A stretch of DNA of 64,000 nt from a virus. The stretch lies in the IMG/VR virus record IMGVR_UViG_3300049216_000067; one strand, 5' to 3'. How positions within the stretch are numbered: position 1 is the stretch's first letter; the number at the start of each line of letters is the position of its first letter. This document shows, piece after piece, positions 41,123 to 50,628 of the stretch. A program made the translations under genes and the position numbers. The notes below the pieces were generated by a model. The model made no database searches, was not told where the DNA came from, and worked only from the letters and a program-made list of their open reading frames with translations.

Positions 41123-41863
41123 GTGATAATTATGAAACTGCCAGAAATGAAGCACCCACAATATGAGGTGCAACTTCTCTCTTATCCTAATCCAATCAAG
41201 TATAGACCATTTACAGTTCGTGAAGAAATGATTCTACGAATGGCTGTTGAAGCTAAAGATTTGGATTCTACTGTCAACGCTTTAAAACAAGTTGTTGAAA
41301 ATTGTCTTGTCTCTGAAATCGATGTTGATAACATGGCCATTGTAGATATGGAAACTTTGTTTCTTCATTTACGTGCTAGATCTATCGGTGAAACAGGTAG
41401 TCAGTTTTTCAAATGTAAGAATGAAGTGACTACTACTGAAGGACAAAAGAAAGAATGTGGAATGTTACTTGAAGTTCCAATCAAATACTTAGAGGTTCCT
41501 GTTATTAACAACAATGCAGAAAGAAACATCAAGTTTAGTGACGATATGGGAGTCACAATGAAGTTTCCTTCTTATAAGGTTGCAAAAGAATTAATAAACC
41601 TAGAACAAGAAGAAGCTGAGGTTACTTTAGTCGCGTTGTGTATTGATAAAATCTTTAGCAGTGAAGAAGTTTTTAATGCTGATGACTGCACCCTAGAAGA
41701 ATTAGTAGAATTCGTATTGAAGCTTCATACCGATAAATATGAAAAAATGAAAGAGTTTTGTTTTAACGCCCCAAAGAATCAGTTAACCGTACAAAAAAAG
41801 TGCGCTAGGTGTGAATATGAGCATTCATTCACCTTGGAGGGTATCCAAGATTTTTTCGGGTAG
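41123..41863 (+). CDS. gp26: Baseplate hub assembly protein gp26 family
   Basis: KYRPFTVREE, FLHLRARSIGE, C-terminal C..C...LEGIQDFF; true start may be ATG 41132. Confidence 0.88.
   Translation: MIIMKLPEMKHPQYEVQLLSYPNPIKYRPFTVREEMILRMAVEAKDLDSTVNALKQVVENCLVSEIDVDNMAIVDMETLFLHLRARSIGETGSQFFKCKNEVTTTEGQKKECGMLLEVPIKYLEVPVINNNAERNIKFSDDMGVTMKFPSYKVAKELINLEQEEAEVTLVALCIDKIFSSEEVFNADDCTLEELVEFVLKLHTDKYEKMKEFCFNAPKNQLTVQKKCARCEYEHSFTLEGIQDFFG
41836..41857 (+). promoter_or_regulatory. Putative -1 programmed ribosomal frameshift signal
   Basis: GGAGG (41836-41840), 10-nt spacer, heptamer T TTT TTC (41851-41857) phased X XXY YYZ in the gp26 frame. Confidence 0.7.
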
Positions 41864-42072
41864 GCTTTGGTAATGATTCGTTAGAGGCTCAGTTTAAACT
41901 GAACTTTAATATGCTGTATCATCAAAAAATTGATTTCACTATGTTTGATGATCGAATGCCTTGGGAAAGGGATGTATACGTTGGTATGCTAATCCGTCAA
42001 GTTGAAGAAGATAATGAGAAAGAAAAGTTGAGGCAACAAGAGAAAAGAGCTAGGGCTAGAACTAGACGTTAA
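41851..42072 (+). CDS. gp51: gp51-like baseplate hub assembly ORF (missed by ORF track; -1 frame relative to gp26)
   Basis: FFRVGFGNDSLEAQFKLNFNMLYHQKIDFTMFDDRMPWERDVYVGML...RTRR*; MPWERxxY signature; first ATG only at 41911. Confidence 0.8.
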   Translation, partial: FFRVGFGNDSLEAQFKLNFNMLYHQKIDFTMFDDRMPWERDVYVGMLIRQVEEDNEKEKLRQQEKRARARTRR

Positions 42073-42074
42073 AA

Positions 42075-44090
42075 ATGGCAGATAAAAAGAAAAATAACTC
42101 AGACTCACCTGGCCAAACAACGTCAGAAACGACCGCTGCTGCTCATGTGATTTTCAATGATCCAGAACAACCTCAGCGTCCGGTTACAGTAGAAAATATC
42201 AACAAAACAGTTAGCCAAGCTGTTGGTAAAGCTTTTGCTGAAAAAGAAAAAGAGGACATGAAAAAGCTGAAGGTTCGTATTAAGAACCCTCCTGCGCCTC
42301 CAACAACACAAAATAAACCAAAACCTAAAATAAAGATTAAACCAGATCAGGTTCCTGTGACTTCTGTTGAGGAAGAAACACAGAAACCTAAGATGAAAAT
42401 TAAGCTAAAGCAGAATAAGCCTGAATCATCTAAAAAGATGAAGATCAGGATGAAGCCTAACGCTCCTGGTGAAACAGAAGAAAAAGTTAACACTCCGACT
42501 GGAATTTCAATAAATCAGTTGGCAGAAAAATTAGCTGATAATATTTCTGATAAAGAAAAACCTAGCAAGCCACGTATCAGGATTAAGCCTGATGCACCCT
42601 ATTGGACAGATACAGAAAAAACTGATCAGAACAAATCTCTTGCTGCTGTAGTTAGTAAAACTGTAGCTAGTAAAGCCGCTGCTCTTGAAAAGAAACCAGA
42701 AACGGTAGAGCCTGTAGCCAATCCACATCGAGAAGACATCCAAGCTTTACAGACGAAGGTTGAAAAATTAGAAGAATCAGCGAAAGTTGAAAAGACTTCA
42801 AAACCAATGACAGAAGAAGAGAAAAAGCAATCAAGGTCTGATGCGGCTGATGCTTTGAAAGCTCTAGGTTTTAAGAAATCTGAATTCCAAGAATTGTTGG
42901 ATAAAGTCGATCATATTGAAGGTACGACTGAAAAGATTCGCATGGTTCTTAAACTTAAGGACAATCCTGCTGCTAAAATTCCTCAAGCAGAAGTTCCGGC
43001 TGCATTAGAAGTTGCCAAAAAAGAAACAAAAGAACCTATTGTAGCTCCTGTAAAAACGGGAACTAAAGAACCAGAAGCACCAAAAGCAACTGAAGTGCCT
43101 AAAGATCCTAACGCTCCTGAACAACTATCATTATTCAAAACTCCTGAAGTGCAAGCTACCAGTCCGTTTGCCGCTGTCACAGTGACACCTAAACCACCAA
43201 CTGTACCTGCACCTAAAAATGTTCAAAACAGTCAATCAGATCAAGATAAAGCAGAAGAAGATAAGAAAAACGCCCAAGAGTTGAAAGACAAGTTGGCTCA
43301 AGCTGAGCGCGACAAACAAATACAGAAGAAGTTGGATGAAATTGAGAAAGCAATTTTTAGCAAAGGTCTTCTTGATAACATTTCTTCTTTGATATCCGGA
43401 ACACTTAAGAGTCTTTTTGGTACTTTACTTGGACCATTACTCAAGCCTTTGATTTCTGCTTTACCTAGCTTAGTAGGTGCTTTGGCTAAATCTGCTCTAC
43501 TAATAGGAGTGGGTGTTGCTGCTTATGAAGGTGCTTCTTACCTATTAAAGAAAGCCGGATATACCGGTGAAACATTAGGTAGTCTTTTTTCTAATCAAGA
43601 TGCTGAAGAACAGAAAAGAGAAAATGCTTGGAACAAATATGGTAACAGGAATGCCATCAATTCTTTGAACACCAAACTTCAAGGTACAGGCTACACTGCT
43701 ATTGGTGCCGGTCAATATAAAGATTCAAAAGGCAATACGGTCAAAAAAGCCGATCTACCACCTGAAGTTCAGCGTAAATTAGACGCTAATGTCGCTAAGG
43801 TTACAAATCCTGCTGAAAGCGTTCCGGCCAAACTTGAAGCACAGGCACCAAAAGCAGCCTCTGACACTGCTTCTCAGAAGCTTACAGACACGCCTACAGC
43901 GGCTCCAACACAAGACGCTCCTGTAGTGCATGTTCACCAAGATAACCGTCAGATAACGGCTCCTGCGCCTCAACCGGTCAATGATGGGGGTGCTTTGATT
44001 CAGGTAAGAAATACTGAGCCATCTGCGTCAGGTATAATAGCAAACCTATTTGACCATCCAGTCACTTATGGTGCTGTTTACCGCATGTAA
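42075..44090 (+). CDS. Probable tape-measure/gp29-like protein
   Basis: 671 aa after gp26/gp51; long hydrophobic Gly/Leu segment LISGTLKSLFGTLLGPLL...IGVGVAAY; low-complexity C-terminus. Confidence 0.6.
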   Translation: MADKKKNNSDSPGQTTSETTAAAHVIFNDPEQPQRPVTVENINKTVSQAVGKAFAEKEKEDMKKLKVRIKNPPAPPTTQNKPKPKIKIKPDQVPVTSVEEETQKPKMKIKLKQNKPESSKKMKIRMKPNAPGETEEKVNTPTGISINQLAEKLADNISDKEKPSKPRIRIKPDAPYWTDTEKTDQNKSLAAVVSKTVASKAAALEKKPETVEPVANPHREDIQALQTKVEKLEESAKVEKTSKPMTEEEKKQSRSDAADALKALGFKKSEFQELLDKVDHIEGTTEKIRMVLKLKDNPAAKIPQAEVPAALEVAKKETKEPIVAPVKTGTKEPEAPKATEVPKDPNAPEQLSLFKTPEVQATSPFAAVTVTPKPPTVPAPKNVQNSQSDQDKAEEDKKNAQELKDKLAQAERDKQIQKKLDEIEKAIFSKGLLDNISSLISGTLKSLFGTLLGPLLKPLISALPSLVGALAKSALLIGVGVAAYEGASYLLKKAGYTGETLGSLFSNQDAEEQKRENAWNKYGNRNAINSLNTKLQGTGYTAIGAGQYKDSKGNTVKKADLPPEVQRKLDANVAKVTNPAESVPAKLEAQAPKAASDTASQKLTDTPTAAPTQDAPVVHVHQDNRQITAPAPQPVNDGGALIQVRNTEPSASGIIANLFDHPVTYGAVYRM

Positions 44091-44112
44091 AAAAGCCACC
44101 TTTCGGTGGCTT
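44089..44112. terminator. Intrinsic terminator between convergent genes (U-tract on minus strand)
   Basis: Minus strand AAGCCACC-GAAA-GGTGGCTTTTTT. Confidence 0.85.
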
Positions 44113-44157
44113 CATAACTCCAGATTGTTGGTGCAAGGAGAAGGAGTTTAAGGAGAT

Positions 44158-45108
44158 TTACTCGTCATCTGCAAGATCATTAAACATGTTCAACATCTTG
44201 TCATCATCTGAAGATGTTTTTGTTGCAGTTGAAGCTAGTTCCTGCCATGGTGGAGTAGAATCAACAGTTTCTTCGACTGGCTTACTCTTAACAGTTTCCT
44301 TAGAAACTGCCTTGCCGCCATCTAATCCAAGAACTTTATTCAACTTCGCTTCTAGTTCCGCGTAGGTCTTAAACTTATCTGGTGTGACCAATTCCTTTAG
44401 CGAATATTCAGACTTCCAGATTCTTTCAATTTCTTCATCAGTTGATGCAATAGGAGTTCCCTTTGCTGGACTTTCAGAAGTTGCCATACCAACAAATTCA
44501 CTGGTGTCGTAGTTTCTGTAACCTTCTACCTTACGAACCTTCAATTTGAAATCATGACCATTATCAAAACTGAACACAGGAACACCAACAAGCTTGATGC
44601 CTTCGAGTGCTGCTGCTTCAATTTCTTCTGCTGTTGGCTTACCTGCACGACGAATCTTTTCATAAATTTTCTTGCCGTATGAGAACAAGAATACCTTACC
44701 TTCGTTTGCTGGGTTAGCTGGGTCCTTAACTACAAGAATGTTTGAAATGTAAGACAAACGACGCTTTTGAGCCTGAGCAATCTTTTTGTTTGCTTCGTTA
44801 CCTGTCTTCCACAACTTACTGTTGTATTCGCTGACAGGGTCAGCCAATCCAAGAGTAGTCAAACTATTTTCGATGTACCATCCACCAGGGCCTTCAAAAC
44901 CATGAGTAAACAATTGGACGAATGGAGTGCCATCTTCACCGTCTACGAATGGTGCTTCAAGAAAGCGAATGATTGCAAAACCATTACCGGCCTTATCGAC
45001 CTGTGGTTGCCAGAATCGTTCATCGTTCTTTTGCTTGTTGGTTTGCTGAAGTGCTTTTGTAAGTTTATCAAGAGATGATGTCTTACGGAGTTGTGCTAAT
45101 GAGTTCAT
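44158..45108 (-). CDS. gp32: Single-stranded DNA-binding protein gp32
   Basis: DERFWQP..DKAGNGFAIIRFL, HGFEGPGGWYIENSLTTLG, GKVFLFSYGKKI, NYDTSEF, acidic tail. Confidence 0.96.
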   Translation of the reverse strand: MNSLAQLRKTSSLDKLTKALQQTNKQKNDERFWQPQVDKAGNGFAIIRFLEAPFVDGEDGTPFVQLFTHGFEGPGGWYIENSLTTLGLADPVSEYNSKLWKTGNEANKKIAQAQKRRLSYISNILVVKDPANPANEGKVFLFSYGKKIYEKIRRAGKPTAEEIEAAALEGIKLVGVPVFSFDNGHDFKLKVRKVEGYRNYDTSEFVGMATSESPAKGTPIASTDEEIERIWKSEYSLKELVTPDKFKTYAELEAKLNKVLGLDGGKAVSKETVKSKPVEETVDSTPPWQELASTATKTSSDDDKMLNMFNDLADDE

Positions 45109-45179
45109 GTGATATTTCCTTTTTGTACCTGTTTTATATGCGTGTATTGTTTTGTTTCACTTTACTCATAATATAAATC

Positions 45180-45187
45180 TATTTATA
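45180..45187 (-). promoter_or_regulatory. T4 late promoter TATAAATA upstream of gp32
   Basis: Exact consensus on minus strand. Confidence 0.6.
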
Positions 45188-45194
45188 CACTTAA

Positions 45195-45350
45195 CGTGTG
45201 TCTCTCCACACCTGTCACGATCTTAATGCCTGTCGTTTGCAAGGATCTGAGTTATCGAGTTCCTATCTCGTCCCGCGTGGTTCGATGCTCTCACCTGATT
45301 TAAACCACTGTGTACAACGCAGTATCAGGAATAGCGGGCTGGCGCATTCT
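45195..45350 (-). ncRNA. Candidate structured RNA
   Basis: GC-richer non-coding segment with stems CCCGC/GCGGG, CCTGAT/ATCAGG, GTGGTT/AACCAC, AATGC/GCATT and GTGTG-GAGAGA-CACAC. Confidence 0.45.
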
Positions 45351-45351
45351 G

Positions 45352-46326
45352 TTATTCGTCGTCTCCAAAGTTGCTAGTGAAACCTGGTCCACCAGCTTTC
45401 TTATCGTTTTCAGATGTTACTTTGATGCTATTCATCTTAATAATGCGAGCAATCGTATCATCAAGATCGTTACCCAAACATTCTACAGCAATAATTACTT
45501 CTCGAATGTGAGCGATAGACAAACCTTTTGTTTCTAATGCCCACTTATTCAATTCTTTCTCTGCATTAGGTTCAGCCAAACGAGGAACCTTAGCTGAGAT
45601 GTACTGCTTACGTGCAGCTTCACTTGGCATACCGATCTTAATAATTTCATCAAATCGGCTTGGGCGATTAACCAAACGCTTATCCATCTTTTCAGGATAA
45701 TTCGTGGTAGCTACAAAGACCACATTATCAATTTGAAGTTCGCCGTCCAACAAATGAAGCAAATGCTGTTCGCCACCTTTATCAACGATTGAATCAATAT
45801 CTTCAATCATGACCACAATTGGTCTGATTGGTTCAATAAGACGGAGCACTCGCAAACCCTCTGCGGTTATTCTTGGGTCGGACAAATAGACTGAGATGCC
45901 GCCACTATCAACAATCTGCTTGCTGAGTTGCTGACATAGAACCGTCTTTCCAGAACCCGGAGGACCATAAAGCATGATTCCTCTTTTCCACAGGAAGCCG
46001 TGCTCCCTAAACTTTGGCTCACAGGACCAAAAATGTGCAATTGATGCCAACACTTTTTCTGCCTTGGAGTCCGGAAGGACCAACAACTTATCTAAGTTGA
46101 TTTCCTTACGGATAAAAAATATTCCCTTGTTATCGCTGTATCCAACAATGTATTGTCCAGGAGGAAGTCTCTTTTCAGTAGTGGCACATGGAATATAAGA
46201 ATCTCCACCACTAACAGCCCACATCTGACTACCACTATAGAACTCACTGAATTTACGATCAGCTTTTGTTTGTGGTGTATCTTCATCAGTCCTAGGAATA
46301 CCGGCATTGTTTAATAAGCTGGACAT
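45352..46326 (-). CDS. AAA+ ATPase
   Basis: GIMLYGPPGSGKT, VMIEDID, ATTNYPE, RPSRFD. Confidence 0.9.
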   Translation of the reverse strand: MSSLLNNAGIPRTDEDTPQTKADRKFSEFYSGSQMWAVSGGDSYIPCATTEKRLPPGQYIVGYSDNKGIFFIRKEINLDKLLVLPDSKAEKVLASIAHFWSCEPKFREHGFLWKRGIMLYGPPGSGKTVLCQQLSKQIVDSGGISVYLSDPRITAEGLRVLRLIEPIRPIVVMIEDIDSIVDKGGEQHLLHLLDGELQIDNVVFVATTNYPEKMDKRLVNRPSRFDEIIKIGMPSEAARKQYISAKVPRLAEPNAEKELNKWALETKGLSIAHIREVIIAVECLGNDLDDTIARIIKMNSIKVTSENDKKAGGPGFTSNFGDDE

Positions 46327-46895
46327 TGTTTCTCCGTGATAAGTTTACGATACATCATTTCATTCATTGGCTGTTGGGCTTCATAGAACGGTTGAAACTT
46401 TTTCAGTTTCTTATATTTCAGATCCCACACCGGCATCCCAGCTAATTCTTTATTCATGTGATCAATTATATTGGTAAATTTGTTTAATATCAATATTGTT
46501 TGATAGTGAATATCACCGTATTGAAGTTTTTGAAAAATAACTTTGGCGTCGTACCCAGTAATCTTAATCATATCCATGCCAAAATTATCCAAATGTTTTT
46601 TACTATAATTCAACCATTCTAATTGGAATCGAGCCTGATCTTCAAAAATGCTCTTAGTGGTTACCCATTTATCTTTGGTATAAAACAACCAAGAAAAATA
46701 GTACTCAAAAAAGTCGGCGTCCTTAGTGGCAAATTCTCGACTCAACTTTACCCAAGAGTATTTGTCTTGACGACTGTTGAAAGCTTCTTCCGTATAAGCA
46801 GTTTTCCCCATGTACTTTTGGTAATCATATTCGGTAGAAAAGTGCAAAAAGACAGAATGATAAATTTTAAATATAGCGAATGGACTTAGGTTCAT
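46311..46895 (-). CDS. gp59: Helicase loader gp59
   Basis: IYHSVFLHFSTEYDYQKYMGK...FNSRQDKY, KYKKLKKFQPF; near gp32 and gp33. Confidence 0.75.
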   Translation of the reverse strand: MNLSPFAIFKIYHSVFLHFSTEYDYQKYMGKTAYTEEAFNSRQDKYSWVKLSREFATKDADFFEYYFSWLFYTKDKWVTTKSIFEDQARFQLEWLNYSKKHLDNFGMDMIKITGYDAKVIFQKLQYGDIHYQTILILNKFTNIIDHMNKELAGMPVWDLKYKKLKKFQPFYEAQQPMNEMMYRKLITEKQCPAY

Positions 46896-47098
46896 TACAT
46901 TACATGAATTGGGCAGTAAAGAGAATTTCTTGTTTCAAACGCACCGTTGGCTTGGATTTCAAGAACTGGAGTAGTCACAACATGCTTAGTGTTAGTAACG
47001 TTCTCAGTATCTGGATGATCTACTGGAACCACAATGGCACAATAGCCTTGATGTAACAAGAGTGTTTGTTTCGGATCAAACCTAACTATTTTCTTCAC
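46895..47098 (-). CDS. Hypothetical protein
   Basis: 67 aa, translationally coupled on both sides; VDHP...VTTPV...FETRNSLY. Confidence 0.6.
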   Translation of the reverse strand: MKKIVRFDPKQTLLLHQGYCAIVVPVDHPDTENVTNTKHVVTTPVLEIQANGAFETRNSLYCPIHVM

Positions 47099-47316
47099 AG
47101 TGGTAGCACTCCGATTCTAGGTAAGAAACGTAAATCTCTAGCTTCTGTTTCTATTTTACTTTTAATAGTAGTATTCAACAAGCTTGCTGCTACTTCGACC
47201 TCCATACCAGATCTTTTGCAATAATCGATAATTGCATCCATGTGTGTAATAGAAAGAGATTGTGCTCTTTCTTCAATCATAATTGAAAAATTATCTTTCT
47301 CTTCGCGTGTTGGCAT
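47095..47316 (-). CDS. gp33: Late transcription coactivator gp33
   Basis: FSIMIEE...ITHMDAIIDYC...IKSKIETEARDLRFLPR. Confidence 0.9.
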   Translation of the reverse strand: MPTREEKDNFSIMIEERAQSLSITHMDAIIDYCKRSGMEVEVAASLLNTTIKSKIETEARDLRFLPRIGVLPL

Positions 47317-47325
47317 TTCTATTCC

Positions 47326-47508
47326 TTATTCTACGTAGGGCGGCAATTCGTAAGATTCTTGATATGTCCATGGACTAAACCAACATCGAATTCTTTCCCA
47401 TCGTGTTAATGGGCGAGGCAGTTCAAAACGAACATTACCTAACCAAATATAATAATGCCAACGGCTTGAGCCATCGGCAGTTTCACCTTCATCATCTATA
47501 GTACTCAT
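47326..47508 (-). CDS. Hypothetical protein
   Basis: 60 aa, fills operon gap. Confidence 0.5.
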   Translation of the reverse strand: MSTIDDEGETADGSSRWHYYIWLGNVRFELPRPLTRWERIRCWFSPWTYQESYELPPYVE

Positions 47509-47660
47509 ACGTTTTTCTTATTTGGTGGACGATCCAAACCACCACGACGAGCAATATATCCGGCTGCTAGCTTGTCCTGTTCTTCTTTAAGCTTGCGCTC
47601 TATGACTCTGCGGTTTATACACTTATCACACATGCATTCTTTCTTGTGATCACTGAACAT
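47505..47660 (-). CDS. Small Cys/His protein (not in ORF track)
   Basis: 51 aa MFSDHKKECMCDKCINRR...PPNKKNV; starts 1 nt after the guaC stop, ATGA overlap downstream. Confidence 0.6.
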   Translation of the reverse strand: MFSDHKKECMCDKCINRRVIERKLKEEQDKLAAGYIARRGGLDRPPNKKNV

Positions 47661-47661
47661 T

Positions 47662-48705
47662 TTATGCTCCGAATACTTGATTCAATTGACGATTAACTTT
47701 TATGAATTCCGGATTGATTGATATTTTTGAAAGATCTTTAACACCCATATACGCACAAGTGCTACGGAGACCACCTAGATATTCTTTAATAGTATTCGAT
47801 ACTGGTCCTTTATAAGGAATCAATACCTCTTTACCTTCGCTGGCTCGATATTCTGCTACGCCGCCATTATGTTTGTCTTGCGCTGGCTTCGAAGCCATTC
47901 CGTAAAACCTACGAAACTCCGGACCACCAAGTTTCATAGATGTACCAGCAACTTCTCCACCACCCTCGTCGTGACCGGCAAATACCCCACCAAGCATCAC
48001 GTAATCGGCTCCTGCGGCTAATGCTTTGGCTACATCACCAGGACAAGTAATACCACCATCGGCAATAATTTTAATGTCAGCTTGATAATTATGTGCTTGA
48101 TCAGCACATTCAATCACTGCGCTAAATTGAGGATAACCAATGCCAGTTAACCTACGAGTTGTACAAACAGATCCTGGTCCGATACCTACCTTAATAATAT
48201 CGGCTCCAGCGTTGGCTAAGCTTGCAACCCCTTCTCGTGTAACTACATTACCAGCAATAATTATGCCGGTGTAATTCTCTCGAAGTTTTCTAACAAAATC
48301 GTGAGTAGATTTCGTATATGCGTTGGCCACATCGACACATACCGCGAATGGCCACTGAAAAGAAGATTGACGAAATACTTCAGTAAATAAACTAAATTTA
48401 TCCCAATCATTAGTTCCCATTGAATAAATGGTATACGGAGCAACAGTAGGATTGTTGCAATAAAAATCCACCAACTCATCAACACTGTAATGTTTATGGA
48501 GTGCAGTCAAAGTATCGTATTTGGATAACTGAATAGCCATCTCAAATGTCCCAACACCATCCATGTTTGCGGCAATGATAGGAACAAAACCATCATCATT
48601 GAATAAATTAACCTCACTCCTAGATTGTGGTGCATCCTTTCCACCGCATTTAGGTAATAACATGACATCAGAATAATCCAGCTTTACATCCGAGTGTATT
48701 TTCAT
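47662..48705 (-). CDS. guaC: GMP reductase
   Basis: [51 protein letters not shown]. Confidence 0.93.
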   Translation of the reverse strand: MKIHSDVKLDYSDVMLLPKCGGKDAPQSRSEVNLFNDDGFVPIIAANMDGVGTFEMAIQLSKYDTLTALHKHYSVDELVDFYCNNPTVAPYTIYSMGTNDWDKFSLFTEVFRQSSFQWPFAVCVDVANAYTKSTHDFVRKLRENYTGIIIAGNVVTREGVASLANAGADIIKVGIGPGSVCTTRRLTGIGYPQFSAVIECADQAHNYQADIKIIADGGITCPGDVAKALAAGADYVMLGGVFAGHDEGGGEVAGTSMKLGGPEFRRFYGMASKPAQDKHNGGVAEYRASEGKEVLIPYKGPVSNTIKEYLGGLRSTCAYMGVKDLSKISINPEFIKVNRQLNQVFGA

Positions 48706-48965
48706 AGGGATTCCATCGCTTCTTTGATGAGAGAATATGGCACAGCATCAGCTATAGTGATGTCTGCTTCTGTTTCGATCCAAAGTTTGGCACCGCATGG
48801 AAGCGGCTTTTCTGGACGATATACGAGCTTACTAGGCCCATTGATCAAGACTTCTTTACAGTAAGTTGTCTTTGGTCCTTCCTGAACTCGACAAACCGGT
48901 AGATTGTTCCCGTGTTTCTTGTTGTGTCGAATCACGTTCACGTTTACGTGGATTATTTTTGTCAA
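48702..48965 (-). CDS. Conserved phage protein
   Basis: Probable TTG start at 48965 after GGAG; KIIHVN...GPSKLVYRPEKPLPCGAKLWIET. Confidence 0.6.
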   Translation of the reverse strand: MTKIIHVNVNVIRHNKKHGNNLPVCRVQEGPKTTYCKEVLINGPSKLVYRPEKPLPCGAKLWIETEADITIADAVPYSLIKEAMESL

Positions 48966-49149
48966 AAGCGAACTCCAAATATTCCATTCGAATCTTAAAA
49001 CAAGTTTGACAAACAGGACACTTACAAAGTGGTGCCGTAAGTCCATCTCCTTTCAGCTTCTTGTGAAGCTTCTTACAGTCTTCAGTGTGGATCTGACCGT
49101 AAGAAGGCAACACAAGATAGCCTAAAGTGTCACATTCTGGACACTTCAT
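48856..49149 (-). CDS. Small zinc-ribbon-like protein
   Basis: CPEC...CPVC; ATGA-coupled to hydrolase gene; 3' end overlaps next gene by about 110 nt. Confidence 0.5.
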   Translation of the reverse strand: MKCPECDTLGYLVLPSYGQIHTEDCKKLHKKLKGDGLTAPLCKCPVCQTCFKIRMEYLEFAFDKNNPRKRERDSTQQETREQSTGLSSSGRTKDNLL

Positions 49150-49835
49150 TGTCGATAAAACAAATGCTGTCCAATGGTTGCCACCAAATTCTCCGGATCT
49201 GCCCAGTTTGGTGCCTTGATGTAAGCAGCATGATAGAGAGTAGCGTCAGCCACATCACCATTACGTTCATGCTTGAAATACACATCACGAGCCATTCTGA
49301 TCACTTTCTGATAAAGACTCGGATGAATCCCAGTCCTAGGCTTACAAGTCCACGAAAACATACAGACTATTTTATCAGAATCTTTTTTAATATGTCGTTC
49401 ATAAACGACTCCACAAACAGTTTTTGGATAATCTTTATCCGCAACTCGATTCATGGTGACAGTAGCGACTGCTAGCTGACCTTCCTCAGGTTCAAATGCG
49501 GCTTCATGATAAATGTTGTCGGCAAGACAGGTGACTTCATTTTGGGTGAAATTCAATCGCGCTTTCTTAATAGCATCCTTCTTGGCTTGTTCTGCCTTCT
49601 TGCGTTCAATCTCGGCAACTTCGTCTTGCTGAGCAAGAAGCTTATCCTGGTAGGACTTGGCCTTACCAATCAACTCTTCGACAGTTGCACGATGCACATC
49701 ACGCTCAACCAACAATTCGTTCTTAAGCTCCTGTGTCCGTACAACGTAGGTAATGGTCACCATAATGGCAACGAAAGTCATGAGCCAAAAGCACATGGTT
49801 TCTTTCGATGCTTTAATAAGGTTAGTCATTGTCAC
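49146..49835 (-). CDS. Cell wall hydrolase (SleB/Hydrolase_2 family) with N-terminal membrane anchor
   Basis: CLADNIYHEA, VATVTMNRV...YPKTVCGVV, FSW, ATLYHA, IGQHLFY. Confidence 0.92.
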   Translation of the reverse strand: MTMTNLIKASKETMCFWLMTFVAIMVTITYVVRTQELKNELLVERDVHRATVEELIGKAKSYQDKLLAQQDEVAEIERKKAEQAKKDAIKKARLNFTQNEVTCLADNIYHEAAFEPEEGQLAVATVTMNRVADKDYPKTVCGVVYERHIKKDSDKIVCMFSWTCKPRTGIHPSLYQKVIRMARDVYFKHERNGDVADATLYHAAYIKAPNWADPENLVATIGQHLFYRQ

Positions 49836-49880
49836 TCCTTCAAATTGAAATGGAGTGACGATGCTACCTTAAGAATTAGC

Positions 49881-50594
49881 TCAGGTCAAATCTTCGTGAC
49901 TTTCTTCGTATTTTATGCGTGCAATAATATACTTCTTTACGAGTAACGATCTTACAATATCTGTGATATCCATCTCAACAAAGCCAAATAAATCAATCAT
50001 CTCAAGGATTCTTTTGAACTTAATATAGCCACTCGTATCATTGCGCTTCTTATTAAGGTCGGTCTGGTAGTAGTCACCCAGGAATAGGACCTTAGAACCG
50101 TCACCGACACGGCTTATGACAGTATTAAGCTCTTCGAATTGCATGTTCTGGAGTTCATCCACAATGATGATCGAATCCTTGAAGCTCATACCGCGTAGGA
50201 AGCTCGTGGTGACGAATTCGATGCTACCCTCTTCCTTGAGGATGTCATAGGCATCAGGACGGTTAAAAAGCTCTGTAAAGATGCCCATGTAAGGGATCTC
50301 ATAGATAGCTGCCTTCTCTTCGGCAGTACCTGGCAAGAATCCAACCTCACGAGCCGGGACAGTTGACCTAAGGATAATGATGCGCTTGTATTGAGTATCT
50401 TCCTTCATTAATTCTTGAAGGGCTAGATAGATACTCAAAAAGCTTTTACCAGTACCTGGACATCCATGGACAAAAAGATTTAAGCCAGTTTGATATGTTT
50501 GGAACAGCTTCTTTTGGTTTGCTGTTAGTGGTTCAATCTCTCTAAGTCTGAGACTGTTGCGCACGAAAACACTCTGCCCTTTCTTTTTAGCCAT
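49881..50594 (-). CDS. phoH: PhoH-family ATPase
   Basis: GCPGTGKS, VGFLPG, TSFLRG, IIVDELQN, GDYYQTDL, DIVRS. Confidence 0.93.
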   Translation of the reverse strand: MAKKKGQSVFVRNSLRLREIEPLTANQKKLFQTYQTGLNLFVHGCPGTGKSFLSIYLALQELMKEDTQYKRIIILRSTVPAREVGFLPGTAEEKAAIYEIPYMGIFTELFNRPDAYDILKEEGSIEFVTTSFLRGMSFKDSIIIVDELQNMQFEELNTVISRVGDGSKVLFLGDYYQTDLNKKRNDTSGYIKFKRILEMIDLFGFVEMDITDIVRSLLVKKYIIARIKYEESHEDLT

Positions 50595-50628
50595 GTTGAC
50601 CCTCTGTTTTTGTTATTAGGAAAGTTCA

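Noticed and set aside
41861-41902. Amber readthrough as the way to join gp26 and gp51
   Set aside because: The zero frame meets another TAG and then TGA; the gp51-like sequence is in the -1 frame.
45310-45537. 75-aa plus-strand ORF
   Set aside because: Antisense to the AAA ATPase end; no supporting signals.
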